A DNA stretch of 64,000 nucleotides from Antedon mediterranea (Eukaryota; Animalia; Echinodermata). This document shows positions 1-14,500 of the stretch, piece by piece (the first letter of the stretch is position 1; each line of letters starts with the position of its first letter). The notes under the pieces are model-generated. The model was given only the letters and a program-made list of their open reading frames with translations. It did no database searches and was not told the DNA's origin. Made by a program: the position numbers and the translations under genes. The stretch is taken from positions 32,981,648-33,045,647 of the forward strand of contig NC_092673.1 of assembly GCF_964355755.1 (NCBI RefSeq), in the 5' to 3' direction.

Positions 1-329
1 ACGAGAACCGGTGTTTCAACGCAGTATGACCGTATATAAGTAACAAGGAAACTGAAATTGCATTTTCTTGAGAACTACTTGTCAAAAAAACTTTTATACA
101 AGAGGCAAGAGTTATAATTTGTGATTTTTAGTTTTAAGACATAATTTGATTTAATGTACAGGATTTTTGATACGATTAGTTAAAAAAAACCTATTTCTTT
201 TCAAATTCACCTGTTTGTTTTTGGCGTTGCTGTTTTATTGTTAGTCAACAATTGTTAGTTGAAAGGCTTGTTACATAACCATTACACCAAACTCACATAC
301 ACTTGGCTGTAGTGAAATTAGCCTAAATC

Positions 330-1790
330 ACACACAGCCTTAAGAAACATAGATGCATTCCCATTTAATCACATTATCGATGATGATGAATTCTTGCATG
401 TCATTCACTATTACTTTTGTGACGATAGAATTGACTTTGATAGATTTAATTCTTTAATTTTTAACCTTTTTGATATTAGCCTAATTTTAAAGAAGTTATT
501 AATGACAACGATGCCCAATTATTATCCGAAAATATTGACTCTTGTGCCTATGAATATATCGATAGTCTTAAAAACAAATATTCAACACAAGATTATTCAT
601 TTAGTATCTTTCACTTAAACGCACGCAGTCTTGTTAAACATTTTAACGATATCAATGTATGCGTAGGTGCTATTAACCATGAATTCTCAGCACTATGCTT
701 CACCGAAACTTTTTTAAATCATAACACGCCCTTTTCCTTTTATAATATTCCCAATTATAACCTCTTGCATGTTCCAAGAGCTGATAGACCAGGAGGAGGC
801 GTTGCCATTTACCTACACCAGAGATTTAAATATATTCTTCGCCCTGATTTATCATTTATCATTACTAATGGTTCGGAATCTCTTTTCATTGAAATCGATG
901 CACAACCCAAAAACATAATCCTTGTAGTAGTATCTCGTTTGCCTGAATTATCCATTAACACATTTAATAAAGATATCTCTAATTTAATTGACACCATTAA
1001 TAATGAGAAAAAACAGCATATATTTCAGGAGACTTTAATGTTAACTTGTTAAATTCTAAAACACACAAAGGAAATTCTGATTTTGATACTTTATTTCAAT
1101 CCAATTATTACCCTCTTATTACTAGGTCAACTAGAATTACGCGTAATTCTGCAACTTTAATCGACAATATTTTTTGTAATAATCTATACGATAACATTTC
1201 TTCCGGAATTCTATATTCGGACATTTCGGATCACTTTCCTGTTTTCTTGTTAATACATAAATCAGAACCTCTCCAACACCTGAAACCAAATTCAAAATAT
1301 ATATATACATAAAAAAGTCAATGATATTTCAATTTCTGCCTTAAGTAATTATTTGTCAATTGTTGACAAATATTTTTTTCTCTCATCCTAAATTAAATAC
1401 CTTGTTTAAAATTGTCAATGATGAGTTACTTACAGTTTCAAATTGGCTCAAGCACAATAAGTTTACTCTTAATACATTCAAAACGAACTATATAATATTT
1501 TCTAAACGTAACATTTCAGATTCTTTAAATGAACAAATATACATTGATAATAAAATCATCAAACGAGTTAATGAAACACAATTTTTAGGAGTAACCATAT
1601 GCCTAGATGACTCTCTGACTTGGAAACTGCATATAAATAAAATCAGTAATCTAGTTTCCAGAAATGTTGGAATATTGAACAAATTAAAACATATTTTCCC
1701 TCAAAAATCCTTATTAACCCTTTATAATACTTTAGTTTTGCCTTACCTTTCTTATGCCAATTTATGTTGGGCAATTACTCAAAAACACAA
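330..1790 (+). mobile_element. Decayed non-LTR retrotransposon ORF2 (CR1/L2 group): AP-endonuclease plus RT C-terminal fragments
   Basis: Frameshifted fragments carry APE motifs (HLNARSL, DRPGGGVAIY, GDFN, TRITRNSATLIDNIF, SDHFP) and post-RT motifs (WLKHNKFTLNTFKT, FLGV..DD.LTWKLHI, LYNTLVLPYLSY). The central RT is deleted near 1365. Confidence 0.85.
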
Positions 1791-2485
1791 AATGGTGTCA
1801 GAATATGCTACATAATTTTTCGCCGATCTTTTATCATTATTTATTTGGTGGTGATACATGGCATTAAATCCTTCACCCTGGTATTCAATAATCTCCGCTA
1901 CATTGTATCGTTATACTTGTTATTAAAATACCATAAATACCATATTTAATTATATTTCATATTGTACTCTAATTGTTATCATTATCCCTTTTATCATTAT
2001 ATTATATAATTGCCTGGTTTATCTTAACTTCTATAATTTATTTATTTATTTATTTTTTTTTTTTATTTTATGTACTTTCACTATTATATATTTATATTTT
2101 AGTCTACTCTGTAGCAATGTTAGTATACTTATAGGCATACGGGGGTCACGACTTAAAGTTCTGTGAACTTACTGTGACCTCCATCCACCCACATTTAATA
2201 TATGTTGTGTAAATTATATATATATATAGGGGCGACTTTTTCTCATTCTCACAGATTTCCTCATCTTTATCGTTTCAAATTAATTAATTAAATTTCAGTA
2301 TATCACCGGGCGGTTTAGAATTAATGTTCATTGCCTGATGTGTTTATATATATATATATAAATCCAAAGGCAAATTACTGAAAAAAATGACAATGCTGTG
2401 GGTATCAGTGGCTGGATCTCAATGGAGATACAAAAATAAAAAGCGAAAAGCTAAATCAAAACGATAAAGTAAACAGCCAGAAAAG

Positions 2486-2527
2486 TTAGCAGAGCTTTCG
2501 GGCAACACTAGCCCTTCATCAGTGCAA
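2486..2527 (-). ncRNA. Minimal type I hammerhead ribozyme (Penelope-like element type)
   Basis: Minus strand reads ttgca CTGATGA a gggc-tagtgtt-gccc GAAA gctc tgctaa. This gives the catalytic core, a 4-bp stem II, a palindromic AGCU stem III, a UC cleavage site and stem I gca/tgc. Confidence 0.75.
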
Positions 2528-4749
2528 GTGAAGGAATTTGGATAACGTCAGAATTTGAATAAGTGAGTGGAAAAAATAAATAAACGAAACGAAACGAAAC
2601 ACAAATCAAAAAATATATAATTTTTCCGGAGAAATCTTATGTAGCGGAATTTTACAGTATGCGGAGGTATGCACTTTCGGATTGCACTTTTTCTAGTTTT
2701 TCATTTTTTTGGGGACACTACTACATCTTTAGAAACCCCAAAGTTTTATATAACAGAAAATCGAAACATAGGTCATGATTGTGGGTGGTTATTCTAGTGG
2801 TGGTTGTACATTACAATTATTATCAGATGTGCATATGTTCGCAAAGATGAACACATTTAATTTGTTTACCTTTTCTGTAGTTAAATTATCAAAGCTTATA
2901 CACTTGTTTAGAGTAGGCCTAACCAGAGAAAAAGATCACTTTGTTTTGATTAGACTGAAAATAACATTCATTTAATCACATGGTTGGTCAACGTGTTTTA
3001 GTAGTAGTAGTAGTAGTAGTAGTTTTAGTGGCGGGGTAAATGTGTATCCCGGATGTTCAGGGTCGTGATAGATACGGATGGGGATCTCTCGGAGACTAGG
3101 CGAAAGGGATAAAATGGGTACATAAAATGTTATTTGGTTTTATATGCACCGCACACTGTATGAAAAAAGCAATCCCATACACCTTCGGGTGATGTTTTTG
3201 TGACCACATTTTTTACTGTAAACAAAATTAATTTGTGTCACGTGAAAAACAAATTAATATTACTTTTTCGTACTGTGGTTAAATGTGACTAGAAGCAGAA
3301 CGCATTCTCAATCAAATTTGCGTGGTATAATTAGACCTATAAATACTGATATCGGAAACTTCTGGATTCTTTGTAATAATGTTAATTAATTATTAGAATC
3401 GAGACAAAAAATCAGATGAGTAATTATTCGATGAAAACTCTGTGAAGATGTTATGTGTGTATACAGTTGTTTAAATGATATCACACGTGATTCATGTTTG
3501 CGTTTACTCTGCCTGATTATAAATCTAACTAACAAACAGATACGAATTCGTTTTCGGCAACTTCTGTATCCTGTCAAGTGTATAACAAAATATAAGAAAA
3601 TTAATGAAAAAAGGAGTAATACAGTATTCATATATGTAAAAATGTTACTTATGAACTGTAACGACATTTACAAGTTAAATAATACGATTTTATGTAATAT
3701 GAGATAATATGAATGTGAATAAAAGTGGTGTTTGCGCCACAAAAGAGAAAAAAAACAAACTTCTGTATTCTTTGCAACAATATAGTGTTTCCTAACTTGT
3801 TTGATTTGTTCAAAATATGGGATAACCTTTAACTTCTCTGTTTATGTTTGCTTAAAATCTTGAATAATGTTGCTGATTACACTCAGATTGACATATATTA
3901 TCATCTTCACGAAAATCCCCCAAAAGTTTTATTAGATAGATCATTACACAACACACCACATTACTTAATTAGGTTATTGCAGTGTGTAAAGCGAAAACAG
4001 AGGCACCAATCAAATTACAGCTGTTCTAAAAGCGTCTGTTCAATAAAGTTATTATATACGTCATTAAGGCAGCCAATCAAATGGGATTATGTTTAATACG
4101 TCAGTAAGCATCATCAAGATAATTATTATTTTCTGTAACAATTTATTTCAGTTTTGGCGAAATAAAGCATGTGAATAAGCATTCATTCGATAATGTAATG
4201 TGTATACTGTAAAATATCGTTTTGATTACAAATCTAGCATAATTATGCTATGTACCATAATTTTTACGTATCTAGCATATTTTGGAAAAATGTCTAGCTT
4301 AAAGTGGCATATTTCTGGAAATTCAATTGGCAAGCATTCTCTTATTTAAGTATTTTTTTCAGAAAAAATACAATTTCACACAAATTTGCACTTTAAACTT
4401 TAACATGTTTGATAACCTATCCTTTCCCATCGTACTACGGTATGATTACGTAACAAAGGTGGAAAGGAGATCCGTTATATAACCTTATCCAGCACTCTTA
4501 TGAAAATGTTTGGTTTACTGTTTACGCATGGCCTATCATAACTACAAAAATGATAGGCAGAGTTTTTTGTTTAATTCAATAAAAAAATGTGTTGTTCCAA
4601 ATAAATATTATTATTATTATTATATTTTCAAGCAAAGAGAATTATTTAATTCCCTCCGAGGTTTTTTGGTCTACTCACTACTTACTGCTTCATACTAATG
4701 TAATATAATGGTGCTATGAGGTTTCTGATTTGTAATAAAGACTCTTACT

Positions 4750-5514
4750 TATGGAACGCCGTTTACGCAACATTTCGATGATATGAATTTTATGACGCGA
4801 TATGTGAATGAAATGCATCGATATGAATTGAATGGCGTGATATATGAATGAAATGTTTTGAATTGAATGCTTTGAATTGAATGTTTTGAATGAAATGTTT
4901 TGAATGAAATGTTTTGAATTAAATGTTTTGAATGAAATGTTTGAATTGAATTGAAAAGTCAAACTATTGGCGGCGTATGTCATTCCCGCTCGCGATTTTT
5001 TTTCAACCTCTTAATAGGCCTAAGCATGGGTACCCTCATCTCCTTTCAACGCTGTCATCAATATGAATCCTTTACAGAGACTCCCTAACAGACCTGAAAC
5101 ATTGGAATACATATTTCCGAACCCAGGTCTGTTAGGATTCTCTGTAAAGGCAGCGTGGAAGAAAGGAGATGAGGGTACCCAGGCTTAGGCCTGTAAGAGG
5201 TTGAGAAAATAATCGCGAGCGAGAATGACATACGCCACCAATAGTTTGACTTTTCAATTCAATTCAAACATTTCATTCAAAACATTTCATTCAAAACATT
5301 TCATTTAAAACATTTCATTCAAAACATTTCATTCAAAACATTTCATTCAAAACATTTCATTCAAAACATTTCATTCAAAATATTCAATTCAAAGCATTCA
5401 ATTCAAAACATTTCATTCATATATCGCACCATTTAATTCATATCGATGCATTTCATTCACATATCGCGTCATAAAATTCATATCATCGAAATGTTGCGTA
5501 AACGGCGTTCCATA
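4750..5514. mobile_element. Foldback MITE, IS3EU-like (TATGG...CCATA ends, 6-bp TSD)
   Basis: Near-perfect inverted arms of more than 300 bp start tatggaacgccgtttacgcaacatttcg. TSD cttact lies at 4744-4749 and 5515-5520. There is an internal 15-bp repeat, aaacatttcattcaa. Confidence 0.85.
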
Positions 5515-5528
5515 CTTACTCGCTTGAC

Positions 5529-5902
5529 TGTCGTAACACATATATTGTTTATTCAGTATAATCAGTACAATATACAACTACAAGTATAAGGATAAGGATA
5601 AGAAACACAGAGGATCAGTGATGCTGTTGGTGAGATGTGAGTGTAGGTGTTCTTCTGGAGAAGTAGCTGTGAGGTGTGTGCTCCGTGAGGTGGCTGTAAG
5701 GTGTGTGCTCCGTGAGGTGGCTGTAAGGTGTGTGCTCCGTGAGGTGGCTGTAAGGTGTGTCTGGGCTCTTCTGAAACTTGGGGGTATATTGGCTCAGTTC
5801 ATTTGCATATGTCATTACGTCATTTTAGAGGTTACTGATTGGTCCTAAGTTGATCCAGGGGTGTTTAGGTGGGAATGATTGATCATATCTGGGGAGGTTA
5901 CA
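5529..5902 (-). mobile_element. Possible solo LTR containing a 27-bp tandem repeat
   Basis: TG..CA ends (tgtcgtaa / ggttaca) and a minus-strand aataaa near the 3' end. About 4 copies of gtggctgtaaggtgtgtgctccgtgag lie at 5660-5760. The TSD is not clean (ttgac/atgat). Confidence 0.4.
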
Positions 5903-8900
5903 ATGATGATTTGGCCCTGTCGAGTCTCTGCTAAAAACTGTCAATATCTAATTGTTTTACGATGGGAACGGTTAGGAAGGTCAAATAAACTGTTTACTTT
6001 TGGGGTTTAATTATTAACTAAATGGACTAAATGTACTTTTGAAACATCTGGACAAACTCTCCTTTGGACTTTCTGGGCCAAGTTTGTGAACTTATTTGAA
6101 TTATGATACAAAGGTTGATTTCTCAATTATAAAAGTATATCATTATATTACACTAACACAATAATACACACACAGAGAACGTGATTCTAATTCAAAAAGC
6201 AGAATTCAGTTTTCAAATCAAATCACCAAACAGTTTTAGTTAGTATACGATTATTGTTTATGATCATATATTTTATATCTAAGCCTATCTTAGTAGTAAA
6301 AACAGAAATATATTCGTATTTAATCACCCACCCACCTTAAGGCTTATCGCATGCTTATTTCGCTCAACATGAAATAATTCGTTACAGAAAATTGTCGTAT
6401 TGGATTAGGACTTTTACCCTTTTTACCATTTTTTCTGATAAATAAAGTACAATATTTCGTTTTGGTCGTCTTTGTCATGTTTTGTAATGATGTTGGTTGA
6501 TTAGAACAAGAAAACAGATGAACTATCAATCGGTGAAAACTCAGCAAATATGTCTGTATAAAGTTGATATGTATTGAAATTACATCGCGTGTGATAATGT
6601 TTGCTTTTACTTTGGCTGATTAGAACCTGAACAACAAACTGACAAACTTGTGTCAACTTCTGCATGATTTGTAACAATGCTGGTTGCGTTGTTTGATTTG
6701 TTCAAAATATGTGATAACGTTGCATTTCTGTGTTAATGTTTGCTTAAAATGATATGGTTGTCGCTGATTACACTCAGATTGACATATATTATCATCATCA
6801 CGAAAATCCCCCAAAAGTTTTATTGATAAAAGATCATTACACATGTCATAATTAGGTTATTGCAGTGTAACAATAACAATAATCTAAATATCACCGATTC
6901 AACAAAGTTTAACAAGTTATAACAGCGAAAAAAGAGGCACCAATCAAATTATACCACATATACACGCCATTCAACCAGCCAATCAAATGAGACTACGTTT
7001 GCTGGTATCATCACCAAATTATTCTTTGTAGCGAATTATTTCATGTTATGCAAAATATGCACGTGAAAAAGCATTAAGAAAACAATCGTCCTAAACCTGA
7101 ATGCGATTTTGATTTTAAACTGAAAATACAGGCAACATAAATTCCACACATAGGCAAAGTGTTCGATAAAATATCCTTTTACATCTTACTACTACCTTAT
7201 AAATGGGGAGAACTTCTTCTCCTGGCCGGCACTTGTACTCCTCATGAATGCAGTATTTACCACCTCAAAGTTGATAGACTGTTTTTCAAACTCTACGATT
7301 TTGTACGTTATTTTTACTCTGTATTTTTCTTTCTAGAGTCCTCTTTTTAACCCTCTTCCCCTCAATATTGTTTTATTCTTTAATGCTCTCGTTATCATCA
7401 TGGTCAAATTTAGTACTTGTTTTATGCACGGTGGAAACCATCCCGATGATGATTTCCATTACTTTTATTTTATCTTACTCGTCACTTTATTTCGTTGTTT
7501 TCGTTTGTTTTATGTTTATTTTTAGGTTTATCTGTAATTAATAATATTAATTCGTGAAGATTTAGATAGCGACATATCTGCAATAGCGCTGTTAACTTTG
7601 ATGTTGCTCCTTTTCAACAACATTCTTCTCCTCAAAGGGTCCCCTCGTGTCAGTGCTTCCAACTACGGCGCAACCTCTTCTGTCCATGAGAGTCGTTGTC
7701 ATTGTTGTCTTAACATTGTTGAACTTTAAATATAAGACTTTGTATTTATACATAGTACATATAAACATACAAGCATAGAGAAATTATGTTTTTTTTTATT
7801 CTGTTGATGTTTTTTGTCTCCTCACTACCTAGGTCTACTGCTCTAACACAATAAACCAATAAAGCAAACACACGGAACTTAATTCTAATTCTAAAAGCAT
7901 TGTGTTCTGACTGAAGCTACCTCACGCATTAGTTAAAATTATATGGACAGCTCTTTTAAATGTGTTTGTGATTAGGAATTGTAAAAATTCATTTTCATGA
8001 ACTCTAAATGAAATAACACCACATGTGCACGTCAAGATCGTGACGTGTGTACGTATCTCTACATTTGTATGATATTTTCACTATTGCCATGTTTTAACCT
8101 TATGTAATTTTGTATTGCTTTTGCTGTGCTTGCTTTTGTATTTTACCCCTTGGTGTCGTACTGTTTGTATTTTACACATTTTATCGTATTTTTAATGTTT
8201 TTATATACGTGACCAGCAAGACTATTTTCGAGTGCTTGACGAAATAAAATAATTGAATTTAACTGAATAACAAGATACGTGCACGTCAAAATCGTGCGAT
8301 CGAAAATTATGTTATTATTATTATTAAATATTTCCAGATCCAAGTCTCCTTCAAGATTACCTTCACCGATTGTGTGAATGGTCACAGAGGTGGGGATTGG
8401 AACTCCGAGAAGTGTAAAATCTTAGGTATTACTCTTAAGAAAGCTCCTATTTTTTTTATTATACCTTTACTGATAATTGTATTCAAAGTGTTCCTATTCA
8501 AAAAGTTCTTGAGGTTTATGTTGACTCTAAACATAATTTTTCTGTTCATGTTAACGAAACCGTTAAAAGGTAAACCGTGTGTTGGAACTCAAGTGGAGAA
8601 ACTGTAAAGATCTCCATCCCAAACCAAAACTCTTTATCAGATGCTAATTCAACCTTCTCTTTATTTCGGTTCTGTTAATTATAACAATTAGTTTGGTTCA
8701 TGTCAATTGTATAGAAAGGTTCCATCATCGTTTCATGCGTTTTGATCTCTCACAAAACTGAGCCAATAAATTCAGATAAATGTTTACCTTGATCTTAACA
8801 TTCTTAATGATTCTGTACATAGTAATTTTGATTGTAATTTTAAGAACTAAACCCACATTTCATGTTCCTTTTGGGAGGGTGAATGTCTGTCTAAATGAAT

Positions 8901-11900
8901 TTTTTGGTAGATTGGGTAAATGTTTTCGCCATGGTTATTTCTTCTAAGAGAGCACTATTACAGTTACTGAGGGAGATTAAAAGCACATTCTCAATAACAA
9001 GTTGCGTGGTATAATCACAACTTTAGGACTGATAAAAAAAAACTTTTCGGTAACTTCTTGATGCTTTGTAATGATGTTTGTTGATTCTACTTTTTGGTTG
9101 AGTTATCATTTGGTGAACAAAATATATTAAAGTCTGTATAAAGTTGGTAGATTTTGAATATTAGGCCTATATCAACCCGTGATGAACGTTTGCTTCGATT
9201 GCAAAACTGATACAAATTCGTATGTTTTGCAACAATGCTGGTTACTTTGTTTGATTTGTTTCAAATGTGATAACGTTGCTTTTCTGTGTTAATGTTTACT
9301 TAATAGCCTTAGGTGTAGGTGTTGCGTCTGATTACACCCAGATTGGCATATATTAATAGCATTACAAGAAATCCCCCCAAAAGTTTTTATCGGAAAATTA
9401 CACAAGTTATAACTTGTTAATTGCAGTGCCATGTTAACAGACAGTAAGCTCTAATGTCACTGATTCTACCGAAAAAAAGGCAAGCCAATCAGATTGCAGC
9501 AAATAATTACACGTCATTCAAGCAGCCAATCAAATGAGAATGTGTTTGCTAGCATCAGCACGCATTATTAAGTTAATTATAATGTCTTTAACTGTTTCAT
9601 GTTGGAAGCACGTGAATAAGCATTCATGCGATAATAAAAATAACCGTTTAAACCTGGAATGAGTTTGTTTTATTTAAAAAAAGCCAACATAACAGTTCAG
9701 ACAAAATGTATAACACTTATTATTATATGGATATGCACCAACCACCACAAAATATACTACGGTGTTACGACTTAAAAACAGTAGAGATACCGTAAATTCT
9801 TCTCCTGCACTTGTACTATGTTGAGTTGTGGTGAACTGTATACTCGCATGTCGTATTCAAATCAACTTCAAAGGTGATCGACAAAGCCTTCAAATCCAAC
9901 AGTTGTTTACGATCTTTTTTCGCTGGTTTTTTCCACTTTTTTTCCACTCCTCATTTTAAACTTTTAAAAGGAGTATAATTCACCCCCAACCTTCTTCCCC
10001 TCAACATTATTTTCTTCTATAGCGTTCTATTTATCGTCATGTTCAAATTAGTTTCAGTGACTTTTTTAAAATAAAGTGCCGAAAGCCATCCCTTGATTTT
10101 GTTTAGTCGTCACACATCACGTTTTCGTTTGTTTGGAATTATTTGGCAGGCACTTTTGTTTTTATTTTTTATGGTTTAGTTTAATTTTGTCTGCATTATT
10201 GTCGTCGTCCTTTTTGTCGTAAGATCAAAATATATATTTACAAGCATAGAGAAATTATTTATTTATTCATGTTTTTTTGACTCCTCACTATACTTAATGC
10301 TTCCTACTAACAAAATAAACCAATAAATCACACACAGAACGTGATTCTAATTCTAAAAGAACAATTTATTTTTCAAATCAAATCAACAAACAGTTTTAGT
10401 TAGTATACGATTATTGTTTATGATCATATATTTTAAAATATATCTAAGCCTATCTTAGTAGTAGTAAAAACAGAAATATTTTCGCATTTAATCACATGAA
10501 TTCTTATTTCGCTCAACATGAAATAATTCGTTAAACAAAATTGTCGTATTCGATAAGGACGTTTACCGTTGAGTATATTTTTGTGATAAATAAAGTACAA
10601 TATCTCGTTTTGGCCGTCTTTGGCATGTTTTGTAATGATGTTGGTTGATTAGAACAAGAAGACAGATGAACTATCAAACGTTGACAGCTCTGCAAATAAT
10701 GTCTGTATAAAGTTGATATGTTGAAATTATATTGCGTGTGATCAATGTTTGCGGCTGATTAAAACCTGAACACAAACGCACTGACAAACTTTTGTCAACT
10801 TCTGCATGCTTTGCAACAATGCTAGTTGCTTTGTTTGATTTATTCAAAATATGTGATAACGTTGAATTTCTGTGTTAATGTTTACTTAAAATGATATGGT
10901 TGTAGCTAATTACACTCAGATTGACATATATTATCATCATCACGAAAATCCCCCAAAAGTTTTATTAGATAGAAGATCATTACACAGGTCATACTTAGAT
11001 TATTGCAGTGTAAAGTCAGCAGACAGTAAAGTTTATAGATATATAAGAGGATAGAAGAGGCACCAATCAAATTTTAGCAAATATACACAACATTCAAACA
11101 GCCAATCAAATGAGACTAGATTTAAGAAATTAGTATGCCTCATCAGGAGAATTATTTCTTGTATCGGATTATTTAGGTTTGGTCAAAATAAGCATTCATG
11201 CGAACAAATATCGTTTTGATTTTAACCCATAGTGAGCAAATCTAGCATAATTATGCTATCTAGCATAATTTTGATCCATCTAGCAATAATTCTAAACATA
11301 ATTTTTGAACATCTAGCATAATCTGGCATAAATCCATTTGCCAAGCATATTTCCCTTTTTCCTTTCTATGGTTTCTTTGGTGAAGATTAGGTATAATTTT
11401 GTCCAGAATCGTCTGGCACAATGTTGTGCTGCCGCCTAGTTTCCATCGCCGGCCACCATATTTTAACACAAAATACATACAATTTCACACAAATGTACAC
11501 TTTAAACGTATTGATAGGCCTATACAGCACCACTATCAAAAGGGTTTGATAACCTATCTTTTCCAATGGTTTGATTGCTTAACAATGGTGGCTGGGAGAT
11601 ACTATACCTATGGCACGCCAGGACGGACATAACTATGTCAAGTTGACCTTGTGCCATATATACCCTTTTCCGGCATGCAGTGTACTCTTATGAAAGTTGT
11701 GGTTCACCGTTTACGCATGGCGTATGTAACTAAACTTAAAAAGTGATAAATGTACTTTTTTCTACTCTGGTTTTCTCTCCCTTCCTTCCTACTTCCTTTA
11801 ACAAATTGTATCATCCCACCACCGTCTTTTCCCTCAACATGATTATCTTCTATAGCGTTCTATTTATCGTCATGTTCAAATTTAGTTTCAGTGACTTGTT

Positions 11901-13943
11901 TATAACACAGCAGAAACCATCCCGACCATCATTGTTATTATATGTTACTCGTCAACTCATTTCGTTGTTTTCGTTCTTATTTATGCAGTCGGATTGTGTT
12001 TTCAGCTTTTTAAAGGTTTATCTGTCAATTTTGTCTGCATTTTCCCGTCGTCATAATTAACATGGTAAAACTTTAATCCTGTTACTTTGTATTTATACAA
12101 ATCTAAATATAAATTTATAGTAATGCATTCATTTAATTTTCTACATGGTTTTTTTTCTACTCACTAGTTACTGCTTCATACTAACACAATAAAACACACA
12201 CGTAGAACGTTATTCTAATTCTAAAAGCACAAGTTATTTTTCAAACCAAATCACCAAACAACATAGTTTATAAGATTATTGTTTCTGAGTATATATTTTA
12301 AAATACTAAAGTAATAGGCTTACCACTAATTTGAACCTATGGTCAGTACACGTAGTAACAACACATCACCTAAACTACAGCATTTCGATTAATTACGGTA
12401 GGCTAGTTATACATTTATCATTAAAGCAAATTTGAATATAGTAATATACTGGCTGTTATGATGATACACCAGAGGTAAAGTAAAACAGCGATCTCTAGTC
12501 TAAGTTCTAGACGTACGGCAATTCGGCTTAATTAATAATAAGAAAAGAAAACCATTTTGGCATATATGGCGTGCCATAACTATACTATATTTAAAAAAAA
12601 CTTCCGCTGATGGCGCTACGTAAAAATTAATGACAAACAATAACTGGCAAGATCGACTATAAGCGATCTCACGAGGAAACAGTAATAATAATATCATTAT
12701 TGTTCATAAATCCTTCAATGAACTGGCAAAGCTTAACTAATTGCAAACATTTATCAAAAATAGTTAAAAATTGTTACTTATTTTTCTCAAAGTCATTAAA
12801 ATGAATACAGTATTTCTAAACAGAGAATTAAAAGCATAAGTCTACTACAAACTTAGAAACATTACATTATGCACATTAACACATTAAACGAAAGAATAAT
12901 TATTATACAATAATATAAGTAATCTACAATATGTAGGTATACATTAAAAATAATACAATATCACAATGCAACTATATTAGCCTACAACTATACAATATTA
13001 CCATTACACCATTAAAAAAATATTAATTACGAAAATTATAAGAAAAAACAACGAACTCAAATTATGTTAATCAAATGTAAAAACAACATTAAAAAATATA
13101 TTTTGTTAATTCACCATGGCAAGTTAACTAATACTAATGATATACGAATTGTACAATAAATGTGAATGGATATAATTGCAAGTGGATACAACGTACGAGT
13201 GTGGATAATGGTAATAATATACGAGAGATTTAATAATGCGAGTGAATGATTATTACACAATTATATGCGAACAAATTATTTATTTTTCTAATTCTAAATT
13301 TAAATTTGTATTAAAAAATATATTCATACATTCATTCATTTATTCAATAATATGTAGGCCACTGGCTCAAGTACAATAATATAAAATAATTAAAATATAC
13401 ATTTAAATTTGAGTAGTGGTAACAGCAAAATAACTATTTCTCTTTTTATATGCGAAAAAGGTTTACTATAGACGTTGTTCCAATGTAATATATAATGCTA
13501 ACATTACTTAATGCTACACAATTTGCACAGTAATATTATTGAAAACATTCATCACTGAATTAGATAATGACGATACAAAAAATAAGTTCATTAAAATGTT
13601 TTAATGAAAAATATAATTGTGATATGGCAATGATCAAATTAAAACGCAAGGATATGCCGTCAAATGTTATATTTAATTGTTCTTAACTGTTATAGGTGTC
13701 GTGTTTTTAAATTGTATTGTTCTGATGATCACTAATGATCAGCTTCAGTTGGATGGACCACCTTCATAATAAGTAAACATTGATATATTACCTGTATTAG
13801 GATTATATAATAGTGTATTATGGATAGTGTATTATGGATTATGCATTTAAATAATGTATTATAAGTTTCAAAATTATCACTACCTAAGTATTTAGTACTT
13901 CACTACATTAAAATACAGTTGTAAAATTCAATTTATGATACTA

Positions 13944-14500
13944 TCCCCATCTCAATAGAAAGCGATTGTACTACGATGGCCAAATCTGCCCGGATCTTGC
14001 TAGATCGGCTGTAGCGTAGTGGTTACGGGACGTAGCGTCTATGATCGGGATGGAACGGCATAGTCCAAAACATGTCCAAAATTTACGTGGCGACATCGGG
14101 GCCAGTCTTGGTCGACTGTCGTCGTACAATCTCCATTTACGGGGGTCCAACGGGACTCAATCGCCTATAACGGGGTAGAACCGGGGCAGAAGCGCCTCCT
14201 TTTTGGACACGCTAGCAGGCCGTTTCGACTGCGTCCATGGCTGTGCAGCGCCGATCGCACACGCTGGAACAATCGGCCCAGAAGCCCAGTACTAGCGGGG
14301 CCAATCTTTAATAACGGGGCTTGGCCGTAACTATGTCTTCCTCATCGTATCTGGATCTGGGTTCTGTCGTCTTCTTCAGTACCCGCGTAGTAGAGTGCTT
14401 CCAGGCGTCTAAAGATAGAAATTGAAGCCGATTCTCCCCTATTTGCAGATCGGGATAGATTGCCATGGTGTCCCTAGATCGGCTTCTATTGAGATGGGGG
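13944..14500. mobile_element. GC-rich MITE of about 557 bp, flanked by TA
   Basis: TIR ccccatctcaatagaa / ttctattgagatgggg with imperfect extension inward, and TA on both sides. Confidence 0.75.

Larger units (their letters stand above)
3290..12310. repeat. Diverged tandem duplication of a non-coding unit of about 1.7-2.9 kb (4 copies plus a partial fifth)
   Basis: The block tgattacac(t/c)cagattg(a/g)catatatta..aaatcccccaaaagtttt..ccaatca..cagccaatcaaatg recurs at about 3875, 6766, 9329 and 10908. The block gaacgtgattctaattctaaaag recurs at about 6177, 7875, 10337 and 12206. Confidence 0.85.

Noticed and set aside
7320-7730. Purine-rich minus-strand stretch as a TYW3 last-exon relic
   Set aside because: Only compositional similarity with many stops; homology cannot be supported by eye.
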